Positions 13,101 to 28,100 of a stretch of 64,000 nt of DNA are shown piece by piece (the stretch's first letter is position 1; every line of letters starts with the position of its first letter). The notes below the pieces were generated by a model. The model searched no databases. It worked only from the letters and a program-made list of their open reading frames with translations, and was not told the origin of the DNA. The stretch is from contig CM074513.1 of the NCBI GenBank assembly GCA_037379345.1, positions 13,082,001-13,146,000 of the forward strand. The letters are read 5' to 3'. The stretch comes from Perna viridis. Lineage: Eukaryota. Made by a program: the position numbers and the translations under genes.

Positions 13101-16100
13101 CCCCTATTGTACATGTATATAGAAATTTCAATACACAATCTATTTAAAATTTGTTGACTGTATCTCTTTTTCAGTAAAGAGCACTGGAGAAATTACTTTT
13201 TAAGATTATTCTTGATATAATAATTTTGTTGCTTTATTTATAAGTATCCTTTTCTTGAATATGTATTTACACCGCCTATTGCAAGCCATCTTTTTTCCAG
13301 TTGACAGAAACTAAAGTGTTCGAGTCCAGTGTGCAGAGTAGAGATCCAGAGCCCATTTCAGACTCAACAAATACAATCGGACAAAGGTATCTGTTATATG
13401 TTGCTTAAGAGTGAAGACTATTGTGTACTGTAAATTCCCAAAATTTATTTCAGTGTGTTTATCATTGAGAGAAATGGTTCTTGTTTGCAATCCCAATAAA
13501 AAACCTTGTCATTGTGCTTAAATGTAAATTACTGATGCTGGATTTTTCAAATGTACCTCATTTATCCTGAAGTGATGTTTTAAGATAAGTTATAAATGTA
13601 TGCAGTATTTTTTTTTTAATTTATAGTGTTAATAGAATTTTATTCCTGTCTTTATCTTAGAAATGAGTTTATGCTTTGTTGAGGCTACTACTCTTCTTAA
13701 GATTTTAGTACATCTACATTTATTTTATCGGACATATTTTGTTTCTTTGTAAGAATTGACCTTGGTGCATTGCTACAGAAACCTACCAGTGAATCTCAAG
13801 ACTCCTATTTGTCACAGTATAATCAGCAGGCGACAGAGACTATAAAAAATACTATTGGGGTAAGTACAGTGTACATTGATAAATTGTTGCTGACTAGAAA
13901 AAATCATGTATGACAAAAAATCGTAAATGTGAGGAAGTACAGTAATTTATGGATGGCTGGAGTTTAAAGAAATCCAGAATGTTGAAAAAGAATCTCCTTC
14001 TGATATTATTATATTCCAGTAATTTAAATGTGTTTGTTTTTATGCTCTCAATATTTTGATTTCTTTGATCCACTAAATACTTGATTTTATTAATTACAAT
14101 ATTTTACAGATTGGTTCAGCATCCAGACAGCCCTTATCCAGTCAAATGGGTGCTTCATCCTTGACCAATCATTTGTCAACAGGTCCTCTTGGAGGACATC
14201 AAATACAGTCGTCCTCACTAGCAGATTCTATTTCCGTTTCCTCACCGTCCTCAGCAGCTGTAGATGCTCTGGTGTCATCACTTACACAAAATTCCAACCT
14301 TGGTTCAGGAGTTGATGGCGGAACAATTGACCTTACAGCATTGACACAGACCACAACAAGAGCTAATCTCGACTTGAATTCCCTGTCACAGAACAGGCAA
14401 ACTGTGCCATTGGACTTGACATCCATAGCACAAAGTCGACAAAGTGTTCCAATGTCAATGACATCACAAGCTGATTCCATTTCATCTGCACAGCAGAGAC
14501 CAAAACCACAAAGGTCTAAACTGCCTCCACCTTCTAAGGTACAATATGTGAAAATTAAGTGACATGGCTAAAAAATTTGTAAAACTCTTAATAGATATCC
14601 TTGTAGCTGTAATTTGTCTGTGCTCAAATGAATATTTCTATGTAAATTGAGCTGAAAAGGAAGTTTTGATTGAAATAATTTTCATGCTTTTCTGCTAGGG
14701 CAGATGACATTTCAAAAGAAATGATGGCCTTGAGTTTCAAGTACATGTCTTTATGCATATTTTTAGTAGACAGGTAGAATTTTTCAAAAGAGAAAATAAT
14801 TTGTGGATGTATGGTGGGTGGGCAGCTGCATAACATTGTTCAAGCAATAAGTTGCAAAGTATTTGATAGATGGACTAAATGAAGGTCAGGCAAAATTTTT
14901 ACAATGAAAATATCATTTTTGTAGGGACTTTGACACTAATCCATGCAGTAAATTAAGAAGTATTTGTCAGATTGTTTTCAGATTCTGATATGTGGTTTCC
15001 GCAAGACAAAATGAAGGTCAAGTTCGATGTTTACAGATATCACTTCTGTAGTTCCCAAGTTGCATTTTGGTTGTCAAAATAGAGATTTTGATCCTTGTCT
15101 GTGCAGTAACTTGAAATGTATTTGGCAGATTCTTTTCAAAATTGGCTAAATTGTTTCAGGGCTATTCCAGTAAAATTTTTCTGGAGGTGATGGTACGCCA
15201 CTTAAATATTTAAACCTTGGTTGGGGTTATTTCTGATACTTTTTAATGCATTGCAAAATTGAAATTAATTCTCTTGGTAGTACCCATTATGAATTGTGGT
15301 CCTTCACCCCCTTCAGGGACACTTTACTGCAACAGCCGTCCTGTTACAAAGTGAAAGTCTAATTCCATTTTACAGATATTGCTTTTCTTGTTCCTGATTG
15401 GCAGTCATTTTTGTTTAGGAAATAAGGATGTTCACAATTCTAATTTTGATGTGGGAAAATATGGTTTGCTGTCAAATTGACTATCTCTTGTTACTCTTGA
15501 TTTGTAAGGGAAGATAATTATAAAGTAATTTGGATGATTTTTATACAATGAAATATGCATTCAATAAATATATTTTTGTAGATTCCAGCATCAGCTGTGG
15601 AAATGCCTGGTCATCGGTCAACCAACAAAGTAGATGTCCAGTTTGGTAACTGGGAGTCATCGTTTGGATTTGGAAATGGCGAGTCAATAGTTCCAGGTTT
15701 AACCAATTCAGATACAACAGGGTGAGTTAGGTACACAAACATGAATAGCTTAGCTAAGAGCTGTATTTCATAAAAGTAAGCTTAATGTTAATGTAAAAAT
15801 ATATATTTTTTTTTTGTTTGTAAGATGGTTAATTTCTGTGAATGGTTTTTTCCATTTTTGTTTGCTTTTGTGTATTTTTCATAGTTTTATTTGGTATATT
15901 TAGGAAGTTTCCATCCTATAATTTAATGGTTCAATTTCTGTAAAAAAAATTTTCAAGGGTATACTTATTTTATATTTGATGTTATATTTCTTATTACCAG
16001 AATCATTTTAAATTTCATCAATGAAATGAGAAAAGTTGCCAGTAATACACTTTTTAAAAAGAGAACAAAATGACTGTTTTTATACCCCATGCAATGAAGT

Positions 16101-19100
16101 TGCAAAGGGTATATTGTTTTTGACAGTTTTCCTGACTTTTTTCTAAACGCTTGCAGATGTTGACATAATTTTGGTATATAAGTTCACCAGGATAAGTTAC
16201 AGGTCAAGTGTACGTTTTGTTTCTCTACAGTGATATTTACTTTGGATTGTCTAAAACTCAAAGAAATCACTGTCTGGTAACTACCATACTGAGTAACAGA
16301 ATTTAGTTAGAACATAAAGGTCTAAAGCCTAAAAAACACTTTTATTTCTTTTTTTATCGGGGTCCTTCTACATGTACTTCATTTACAAACAAATTTACAT
16401 GAGTATCCAACATGGGGACGCGTGGGGTATGTGAGCACGCTCAATAAGGTTCTTTAATCAGATATATAATGGCTTTATGAATCAATGTACAGAAAACATT
16501 CCATATCATCCTAATTAGTATCTTAACAAAAATAATTATCAACTAAAAATTGATTTCTATTGAAATGGAACCAAAAAATTAAATGGTTTCAGTTAAATAC
16601 TTCTGACGGTTCCATGTCGGTTTTAAAAGCTCAGTAGAGCTTGTGTTGTAATGTTTTACATGTACAGACTTTAAATTAAGCTTTTGAACTTTGGACTTTG
16701 AACTTCCTGATTTACTTCAACTTCAAACTAATTGAAATTTGTTATTATACTTAAATAAGCAATTATGAATATCATGAAAAGATGGAAGATCAAAATACAT
16801 TATAACTAATCGATTATACCATTCATCTAAACTTTCAAATTTAGACTAAAATATCCCCGTGCAGGTCCGGGTGCTAAAAGAATAGGCCTGCAGCAGCGCT
16901 CAGCTTGTCGTATAAGGCGACTAAATAGTGCTCAGAAACCTAGCCGGGGGCTAGGCGCTCTGCCCATAGAGCAACTGGGATGTGTGCCCCAGGTGGTTGA
17001 ATGGGGTACCCCTCGCGTGTTACATGCTGGGGTTGTCAGGCTATAATACGGAAAACCTGACCGCAAACCATAGTGGTGCACCGTGTTGGGAAACATGCCA
17101 CGTTCCTCGCACGTTAAAGGACCCTGCTGTGGTATTCGATAGGAGTAGGAACCCTTGCGCTCCGCCACAGGAGGCTAAATTACCCGACCTTACCCATTCC
17201 CCCTTTTTCCAGTGGCAATCAAAATTTGTCGACCCCATCCCTTTTTCATTTCATGTTCATTGTCTGAGTATAGCTGAAATATTGCTGCTCGGACGTTAAA
17301 CCTCAACAAACAAACAAAAAATAGACTAAAATAAACTTTCAAAACGAAATTTAAATTTTACAATTCCAGTATTTATACATTTTTATATCAGTTCACGTAG
17401 AAATATAATTATTTATTCATAACTGATTAATTAATTTCTCATGGGAGGTGAGGGGGGCTTTTGTCCTGATCCCACCATTACTTAAAATAGAACATAGGGG
17501 TCAGAGAGCAGTTTTGCACATATTTCCAAAACCATCAGATTAATCTTGTTTTGACAGGTCAAAAGTGTTCAGCATGAGATCTATCTTCATTTAAATGTTT
17601 GTGCAAATCTGTCGAACCATGTTTATAGAAATTTTTTTGCTTAGTTATTCCTTACAAAAATCTTCTCCTCTGAAACTACTGGACAGAATTCAATGAAAGT
17701 AGATATGAATGTTCTTAGATATGAGCATTATGAATTTTTATCTAAGAAAAAGCCTGGGCGTTTTTACACAAAATAGAATGTGGTTCATTAAGTCAGGTGT
17801 ACAATTCAGGTTTCCTGAATAGAGCCTATAGGTGAACCCTTTCACTCAAAAAGTCTATTATTAATTTTTTTTGTGAAATATAATTAAGTCATTATAAATT
17901 AAAAGTCATTAGGAGTTGTATCTTGAAAATATATTTTCCACTGCCTATTTTGGTTAACATTATCTTAACTGATTAGATTATAGGCTTGCTCATATATTTC
18001 AGTTCTCAGCAATCTGGTCTGAGCAATCATCTACCAAAAGTTAGTCAGCAACAAAATGAGTCTGTGATAACATCGTCGATGATGACACCGCCACCTAGTG
18101 CCGGTACATCTGTGATATCAAGCCAGGAGTCACCTAGGACCAACATGTTTCATAACTCTCCATACACAACCCCAACAAAAAAAGACCAGAATTCTCTCTC
18201 ACAGAATCAGGTATTGACTTTGAAATTGATGACAGGAAATTAAACAGAAAATTTGGTAGACTATTATTATTATTATAGGGAAGATACAAAACAGGAGTCT
18301 TCCTGTGAATTCAGATGTGTTCCATCTTTTGTTGTTTTTTTTTTAATCTCTAATCATAGGCAAGACTAATCTGTCATAGTTTTTTGGTATATTTGAATGA
18401 TTGATAAATAAAATTATTGTTGAAGAGACCCCAATTAAAAATCTATACATCATAAAGTGGCAGTAATATGAAACAAAATGTTTGTCAATGAAATGATGGA
18501 ACATATCACTGTTAATATTTTTTTTCAATACAATGTATTAAGAGATGACTTCAATATAATAGTTAAGACTGTTGAATTTATTATTCCAGATGAATCCTGA
18601 TCCTATTCCATTTCCAACACAAACAGATCGAAAATCTAGTCCCATGATGGCTCCACAGAGACCAGGATCAACTCCAGGTTTATCTCAAAGTGAGTTTAAT
18701 ACATAAACAGGGTAAGGTACTTCGAATTTTCTACAGATAATCGAAATAAGAATAATTGTACTGTTGATGTAAAGATTGGAACTTTATAGGCAAAAATTGA
18801 CTTCGAAAGAAAATTTCATTTATGAAGAAAAATAAAGGATTGACTGGAACTTTCATTTTCAGTGAATTTTTTGTTGATTTAAGGGATGCAAGAAATTCCT
18901 GCTGTACATTTGTATTGTCCTAATTTTGATTTGAGTGTGATTTATGGCTAAATTATTTTTTTTATTGTAGGTACTTTGTCCTCCAGCAATCCAGAGAACT
19001 CAACATTAGGTTCTTTCTCACAAGGTGGATTTGGTGCAAATCCTTACCAATCACAGAAATCTTCAGCCATAAGTGGTGCAGCTGGTCTGTCAAATTCTTC

Positions 19101-22100
19101 TGGACTATCAAGTTCACGTGGGCTTTCATCTTCAGATCTGAGTGCTACAAATAGACTTACTAATTCTGCTGGATTACCAAACAAGTCTGATTATTCACAA
19201 TTGCCTGCTTCCTCTCAGAGCTCCTTCCAATCTCAGTACCAGTCAGGAGGAAACCAGTTTCAATCTAGTCAGAACCAGTTCCAAACTGGGCAGAACCAAT
19301 TTCAAACTGGTCAAAATCAGTTTCACAGTGGACAGTCCCAATATTATGGGCAATCAGGCACATCATTCCAAAGGGAATCAAGTTCCTTCTCAGGAAATCA
19401 AGGCCAATCAAGCTCATTCTCTGGGAGTCAAAATCAGGGAGGCAGTTTCCAAAATAACCAGAATGGCCCAAGTTCCTATCAGGGTGGTCAAACGCAATCA
19501 AGCTCCTACCCAACGACAAACTCATTTTCCTCAAGTAAGGGGAGTTCATTCCCAGGAAGTCAGAGCACTGGACAAAATCCTCCAGGAGCTTACCCAGGAA
19601 ATCAAAGTTCAGCTGGAAGTTTTAATCTGACTGGTAATCAAAATCAAGGAGGTTCATTCAGTGACATGAAAGGTCAAACTGGCTCATATAGTGACCCTTC
19701 AAACCAGAGTGGATCATACAAAAGCCAGAGTAGTTCATTTAGTGACCCATCTGGTCAATCTGGATCTTATAGTGATAGGCAAAGCCAGAGTGGTTCATAT
19801 TCAGATAGACAAAATCAATCTAGTTCATATGGTGATAGATCGAACCAATCATCAGGCTCGTATGGTGATCGCCAAGGTCAGTCTGGTGGCTCTTTTGGTT
19901 CAGATAGATCAAGCCAGTCAGGTTCTTATCCTGGAGGTAGTTCATTTAGTGGAGTTTCACAAGCTTCTCAAAATTATAATAGTGCTAACCAAAGTGGACA
20001 GAACTCACTGTATCAGGCTGCTGTGTCAAATGCCTACCAAGGACAAAGTCAGCCTGGATCTATATACCATCAAGGTGGTTCTTCCCAAACCACTTCATAT
20101 ACGCCACAAGTTTCTACTAGTTATGGAAGAGACTCACAGTCAGGAACATTTTCCACAAATGTTTCACAGTCAAGTAACAGCTATCAGCGGGATGGTAGCT
20201 CTGCAGTGACTCAATCTTCATTTTCATCCAATACCTTTGGAACAAGCAGTCACCAGGGCAGTTTACAGTCAAATCTGCAGTCAGCTGGACTTTCTGCAAA
20301 CAAACTCGGTGAAACTTTGTCTAAAATGAGTGTAAAGGACTCAACCATGGATACCAGACAATCTCCTTCACAGGTAAGTTATACAATAAGCAAAATTTCT
20401 CTTGACAAATGGTGATCAGTTAAATGAAAATTAACATCTTCCTATTTCTGTAATTGAGGACGACAGATACCTGATGCACTATACTCGATGTCACATACAA
20501 CACATTTTCGAATTGAAGCTCTACTTTTGAAACCGTCGGGACTTACTGCTAGAGTTGTCTCTCTTTTATTTAATCTGAAGATAGTTCACATATATGCATG
20601 ACGTGTTAGTACCAACGAGTCGCTTATTAGCTTAAATCATGCGTAACAAATCCTTACGGGAAAATCCCATACTAATATCTGCCATGTTGGTTTCAACGGG
20701 ACGATTTGTTTACAAATGAAGTTTGTAAGTTCCCGTCAAACTCCGGTGACAATCGTCTGCTTGATCAACTTCTCGGTATTGTACGTTGTTCGCGTAAAAT
20801 AAATCTGAGATATTTGAAATAATGCCGAAATGCATTCTGGGTTCTTCGGTTTTTGGACAAACCATTTAAACATAAACAACATCTCTTAGCAACCTGATCA
20901 CTGTAAACATGGCCGACTTTTTACAATGTAAATATTGGCACAGAGAATTAAAATCTTACCGAAATTTAACAATTCAATGTTTAGGGAGAAGCCGTTTGGC
21001 TAAACGAATGAGCAAGTTTTTAAGACAATTTAAACGACAGTAGGTGTCAATGAAGTCGTACAAAATATTTTTATTCAAATTTTAACAGTATCTTATTTAT
21101 GTAATGCTGAGTATAAAGGAAATGTGTTCTGTCTTCGACTTGATAATTTTAACACATAGGCAGCGTCTGTTGTATAATATGAAGAAACTAGTCCTATTGG
21201 GATCAAAATAAATCATTGCAACTCCATTCATTGTTTTACCATGGGCTGGCCATTTGTCGCATTGTTTCTCCCAGAGCAATGGAGATGGGGTTAAATAACG
21301 ACATAAATAGCAAGCCCATGGTAAAACAATGATAAAATGGAGTTTCTGTAAATTATTTCCTAATTACAGTGATTTGATGTTGGGGTAGAAACAGTGCTAC
21401 ACTTATAATATTTAACTCAAGTCTAATTTCATGTTGAACTCTTGAAAAGCCTGCTACTACTAGCATTGTGACCATATACATTTTTATATGTGAAATTCTT
21501 TCTTACAAAGAGTATCGTAAGTCTTAGATATTAAAAAGATTTTAAAGGTTTTAAGCAAGATACATGTAGAAAAGATTGTTTTCTTGATACACTCAGCTAA
21601 GTTTACAATGATATTGTTTGCCTTGAAGTTTCCTCTGATGAACATTGTTCCAATCTCTTTAAAAAGATTAAAAATGTATCCCTTAGAAGATAAATTATTT
21701 CCCAGTTGTTGGTCAAAGTACTGGATATGGTGTATATATCCAAAATTACTATGATAAACTGTTTATGACTGTATATTTTTGTTGTTACTTTATAATATTA
21801 ATTAATTTTAGTGGAAAATTATAGATTTAAAAAAAAAATAATATACACATGTAGTTAACTTTTTTTATTTCTGATTCCCTCATTTATAAAAAAAAAAAAG
21901 GAAAACATTGTCACTTCTTGTACCCAATAAGTTCTGTGAAATTATTCTAATTGATAAGTTTATAATAATAGTTAATCATGATGTGAAATCATGTTTTTGT
22001 AGTTTGATAATTCTTCATCTGCGACAACTGCTAATTTGACATCTACAACAACTTCTGCTTCTTCTGTGTCCACTCCATCCGCAACAGCATCGGCTACGAC

Positions 22101-25100
22101 GACAACAGTTCACTCAACAGCAGCCAAAGTTTCAACAGCTAGCAGCAGTAAGTATACAGACATTATTTGACAGTATGTTACAATGAAAGCTGACAAATCA
22201 CATACTTTATTTATTGGCATATATAAATCAGAAGCTAAATTTTAACTCTCTTAATTAAATAATGCAAGAAATTTAAAATTTACACTAGTATTACATTGAT
22301 TCTTCTTCAATTGCCATGACTGAGATTTTCAGTCACTAAGACTATGTTCTAATTTGAATTCAAAAGAAATGATGTTTACATATGTAAAAGTACGTATTTT
22401 TTTAATGCCTGCCTCATTTTCAACTTTCTGCTATTTCAGCGAGTAAAGCTCCACCAAACTTGCCACCTGGAGTGCCATTACTAAGTCATCAGTACATCAT
22501 GGGTCAAAATTTAGGACCTTATTTTGTAAGTATAGCTTTATTTTTTTAAACAGGGTATTTGTATGTTTTTAGGGTATTTCAACATGTTAAATCATTTCAT
22601 TTTGCAAATTGGTCATGATTTATTATTCAACGACATGATAAAAGTGCACAATTGGAAGAGAGTAAATACATTTCCTAACAGTAAAATACATGTTTTGCAG
22701 AAGGTTTAAAAACTGAAAATTACAAGCAAGAGTAAATCCATGGACAAAATATGTTAGGTCCGTAGACATATAGCATATTGTATAACACTAGAGTACACGC
22801 AGGAAAGCAAACAGCACTTACTCCACTAAGAACTGAGATTAACTCTGATGATCTGGAAGGTCGAGCATTTTAAATTTGCTTCCTGCAAAACAATGATTTG
22901 TACAATTTTTACAAACCGAGTATATTTCTGGGGGTCGTAGATTTCTTTTTAGAAAAGAATATTTTAGTCAATACAAAATTGCTTACTGGTGCAAATGAAC
23001 TTGTTCTCCCACAAGTTTACTTAAGCAACAAACTGATGATGGTATTTAAATGTTATCCTTCTGCTATCATTCTATCTACAACACATTTTGGATGCTTCTC
23101 TTCTAAAACCATCTGACAGATTGTCTTTTTATTGGATACGATGTATTGTTATAAAGTGCAAACTACACATTCAGGCATTATCAACAAATTTTGTTGAGTT
23201 CGTGATAATGGGACTCCGAAACTACTAAGTCTCTTCAGTGGATGAAGACATATGGAAGCATGTAGCAATTTTCTATACATGGACATATAAAACAGAATGA
23301 TAAAACAGATAATACTGTACAACAGTTTTAAGTTCAAAAATACAGTACAGCTTTTAGTAGAAACTTCCACCACTTTCCTTTCAGGGTCTTCAACAGCCAT
23401 TGTATGGGTATGAAGATTTACAACTGCTTCAACAGAGGTTGCCACCAATGGTATGTATAAAATTGTTCACATTTTTATGCTTCCACTTTGAAAAGTGTCT
23501 TGTACTAGGATATGAAGATATTTTAGATGTATTAAGCATTTTTATGCTTCCTCAGTTAAAATAGGGATATATTGTTTTACCCCTGTCTGTGTTGCAAGTT
23601 TTCAGTTGATATTGCAAAACGCACCATCTGTGGCAATATCTCTTCAGCACCTGTGCTTGGAGTTTTCATATCACATTCATATGTTATTCATGTGTCCAGA
23701 GCTTGCTGTAACTAGGCAGACTTTTTGTACTGTGCTACACTTCTTACAATTAGGTTTTTTTTTAACAGAATTATGTTGCTAAAAAGTCATCACAACTGAA
23801 GTTTTATGGTTGTCGACATGAACTCGTCAACTGTAATGTATCCATCTGCACCATGAGAACCGATTTGATCACTATGTCGTAGTTTTTCTTTTCTCTTTGT
23901 TTACCCTGGAAGTGACATTTTATGGACGAGGCAGGTATTTCTAGAAAGGCAGAGGATGCTTACCCTACCAATGCACCTGACACATGTATGCTACTAGTTT
24001 ATAGTGCAGTTTGGGTTGCTCATTTCCTTCTGTTTCTTTGTACATGTTATTTTGGTTATTTCATGTTCTTTGTTGTGTGTCTGTTTTCCTTGTCTAGTTT
24101 TTATCCTCAGATATCTTTGAATATAGTTCTTTTTTATTTTCAATGGAATGTTAGTTCTCTTGATTACTCTTTTACAGAGGGTCTGACTTTATTTGTTTCA
24201 TTATTGAGGACTTGTATTTATCTAACAAAATAGCTGATTTCACTCACTTGGTTCGTACATGTGCATTCAAATGGCCTGTGTAGGTTTTATTGATGATTGG
24301 CTTCAAAGGTACTTTTTAGCTGAACTGGCCAAAGCTCTTCTCCTCTGAAACTACTTGACTAATTAGAACCAAACTTGGTATGAATGTTCCTTGGTGTATC
24401 CTGCATAGAACTGATGTGGGGATTTTTGATTCGTCAAAAAACATGGCCGCCATTACTAAAAATAGAACATAGGGGTCAGACAGTAGTTTTTCACAGGTAT
24501 CTCCAAAACCGTAAGGTTTATCCATATTCTGTCAATAGCTGAAATGATCCATATTATTAGGACTACAAAAATCTTCAGATTCCTTGTAAGAGTTATTGCG
24601 CTTGAAAGGGGAAAAATTTTTTTTTTTTAATAGTTTTCAGTCAATATCTTTAAAACTATGATAGATTAAAAGAATCTTGTGATAGTCATACCAAAGACTT
24701 CTTGAGTCAAAATTGTTGGACAACTTGTTTAATTTATTGCCTTTGAAAGGCAAAATTCAACAAGGTGAGCAATTCAGGCTCCTGGGAGCCTCTTGTTCAT
24801 TAGCCCTTTAAGTTTCTTATGTTGTTTTTAGATCTGTAAAGATGAGTTTAAAAGATATAGGGCCAGAAAAACTGTATGAATTCATTTTAAGTAACTTATG
24901 TCAATTAAGATTAAATGATCTTTTTTTGCAGAACTTACAGAATTATAACTATGATATGACAGCATTTAGCAATGTACCAACAACACTGAATACAAGCAGA
25001 GAACCAAATCCATTGGCTGGTAATATCCCATATTCAGGTACTATAATAGGTACCATGAAATTATTATTATAAAAACTAGTTGTTTAATATAATGATATAT

Positions 25101-28100
25101 GTTGCCTCATGTTTGTCTGACTCCTCTTTGGTAAAAAGTCAACATGTTAAAATAAAAATCAAATTTGAATGCCAGATTAAAAAAAAAACGTGTACTGATA
25201 CTATTTTATTTCATTATATTGTATTTTAATATGGCACAAGATCGGTTTTGTGGTCATTTCTTGAGGTATATTTCATGGAGATGTATTAAACTTTAACACA
25301 AGGTTTCTTACCACTTAAAGCTTACTGCTTGGGGTCAAGAATAAGCATTTTTTTTCTATATAAAACTGAGTGAAAGTTGCTTATTTCTTAACCAATTTCA
25401 AAGGGGTTGAATTTAAAGTCTTCAGTATTCATCTGGTTAGACTTTGTATTTTGTTCTCAGTAAGTTCTTATCAGGGGCTAAAGGGTCAATATTTGAACAT
25501 TATTTGTTTTCATTGAAAAATAATTTTGAGGGTTTGAATGCTGAATCAATCCATGTTCCATATAACATTAATTTTCACCAAATTTTGTGATATGCTGTAT
25601 GAGTAGGGGTATTAAATTTTTACAGTCTTTTATTTTAATTTTCATGAGGTTTTATTTTTTTGATTCTTTGGACCTTATGAATTACAGCGAAAATTTCCTG
25701 CTATACGGTATTGAAGTTTTCTATTTCTATCTAGGAATTCTATGATTGATTGTTGGGATTTAATGCAGCCTGAGCAGCAATATTTCAGGGAAATCTATGT
25801 GTAGGATTATTTTTGCTGATATTTTGTGACCACAACTATAGCAAACATTTTCAAGTGTATAGCATGTACATTAAGAAGCCAATAAACCATTGCATCACTT
25901 AGCCTGAAAACTTATATCTACCTCATCTATTATATATTTCAGGATCAGACAATAAATTAAACAGAGTGGAAGCACAGTCACCTATTCCTACTACACAACA
26001 GCAATCAACACAGTCTCACCAACAACATCAGTTTATTAACTTGCCATATGGTTATTGTTATCCAGGGACGGTCTTACCAGGAGCACCTACACCAATGGGA
26101 TTCCAGTATCCCCCACAAATGATTCCAGTAAGTACAGCTGGAATGGTTCTGTAAATCTGACTCTTTCACCTACATGGGGTTGTCAGTTTTTGACAGAATA
26201 CATTGCAAAAAATGCATTTCAAAAAGAAACTAAGAACATTTTACATTACTTTTAATTTGTTTTGTATTTTTGGTGAAACACATGGCTACATATTTAGCAG
26301 TAGAAGATGTAAGGCTTGTAAGTCTTGCCCTATGACGCTACGATTTCAAGATAATAGGTCCCAAATTCCCATTCAAATGCATCAAATGTGGTTATTGAAA
26401 GAGCAAGACTACAATCATTATCAATGTCAGACCTGGTGAAATCATTTTTCAACCTGATCCGACAACCTAACAGAATCTGCTGGACCAAACAATTGTCTGC
26501 CGGACAGAAAAAAAACAAGAATTTTGAATTGCTTTTATACTCAATTTGGACGCCATCTTTAAACCGGAAGTTCAGGTTGAGGCATGCCTAATAAAAAAAA
26601 TGTACCAGGCATCTGGTCTGGAAATCATACAAATTTTACCCGACTGGCGGCTAAAAGTACCTGTCATGTCCGACAAATTTCGCCATGACTGCAGTGTAAA
26701 AGTGATGTGTATGCAATGGTAAAAATGTGATTCTTAATTTTTTCTTCACTGCAATAAGTTAATAATATCACAATATAGGAAACTGATAACTATGCATCAA
26801 ATTGATATACCCAGAAGTAAAGTAAATACAGATCAACCTTCAGTATTAAATGCTTTCAACAGTAAATATACAGATAAGAAATAAATGGAGAGTACAACTT
26901 GTGCGTTCTATTTTTTAAAATAACCACTAAATTGAAAATATTTTATGCAGAATATTCCTTCTCGCCAAGAAATGACCTTTTGTGTCTCCTGACTTTTAAC
27001 TCTGTTATATTGATTATAGAAAAGACATATGATATATGCAGTTTAGTTCCTACCCGATATCAACATCCTGAGCAGAACTTAGATTTTTTTTTGCTCCCAT
27101 AAATGTTAGTGAGAGTTTTTGTTTGAAAAACCCTTTGATTTAAGTGATTTGAAATTTGGTTTGCAGCTTCACTTTTGTGATTTGTTCATGAAACAAAGAG
27201 TGTTTACCGTTTAATCAAGCAATTCTTTGATAGAGATTTTATACTTTGACTAAAGGTAAATCTAGCATTTCATGTCTTGTATTATGTTATTATAGGTTCC
27301 CCCCGTAACGAATACCGCTGCTCCACATGCTGCTGGTACAACAGGAAATGCTCAGTTCCAAAAACAGACATATGGATCTCACTCTTATGGAAGTGGCAAA
27401 GGTTATTATTCTGAAAGTTCATGTATTAGTGTTAATTTCTGGTATGCTGGAAGTAAAAATAGTATCAATCAGTTGTACACACTGTAAGCTAAATTTAAGT
27501 AGAAATCTGTAAAAAATTTACTAGAAGGTAAAATGTAGAAAAAATGAGTTCAATCAAAAATATATCAACATTTTTAGCTCACCTAGCCAAAGGCCATGTG
27601 AGTTATTGCTGTCACTTGGCGTCTGTCTTTGTTGTTCATCGTCGTTAGCAGTTTTTCAAAGCTCATCTCTTCTGGCACTACTTGACTAATTGAAACTAAA
27701 CTTAGTATGAATGTTCCTTGAGGTATCCTGCATAGAACTAATGTGGGGAAATTTGATCCATCAAAAAACATGGCTGCCATTCCTAAAATACTTAAAATAG
27801 AACATAGGGGTCAGACAGTTTGTATATGTCTCAAAAACTGTTAGGTTTAGCCAAATTCTGATATGGGAGAAAAGTTGGGTGTTAGGTTTATCCAAATTCT
27901 TTCAACTGCTGAAATAATCCTTATTTAAAGTCCTACAAGTGTCTCCAACGGATCAAAGTTGTCAGACGACTCCTTGTAAGAGTTATTGCCCTTGAAAGGT
28001 GAAAAATCGGGGTCTATTTAACAGTTTTTTAACGAGCAACTCGGCGGGTATTTCTAGAAAAGCAGAGGACGCTTACCCTACTGGTGCACCTGGTCCATGC

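Noticed and set aside
16860-16935. HDV-like ribozyme at the SINE head (CTAA before a closing stem)
   Set aside because: Only ~20 nt separate the putative P2 5' strand from CTAA, too few for P3/L3/P1'/P1.1/P4, and no matching P1 was found.
19142-20209. Overlapping +1-frame ORFs of 162 and 172 aa inside the giant exon
   Set aside because: Explained by the low-complexity codon composition of the real frame; no recognisable protein features.
23922-24233. Recurrent hydrophobic ORFs (…SRKAEDAYPT…; also 28147, 46628, 56867, 59170, 59223)
   Set aside because: Translations of the U-rich retroelement 3' UTR. Frames are not preserved between copies.
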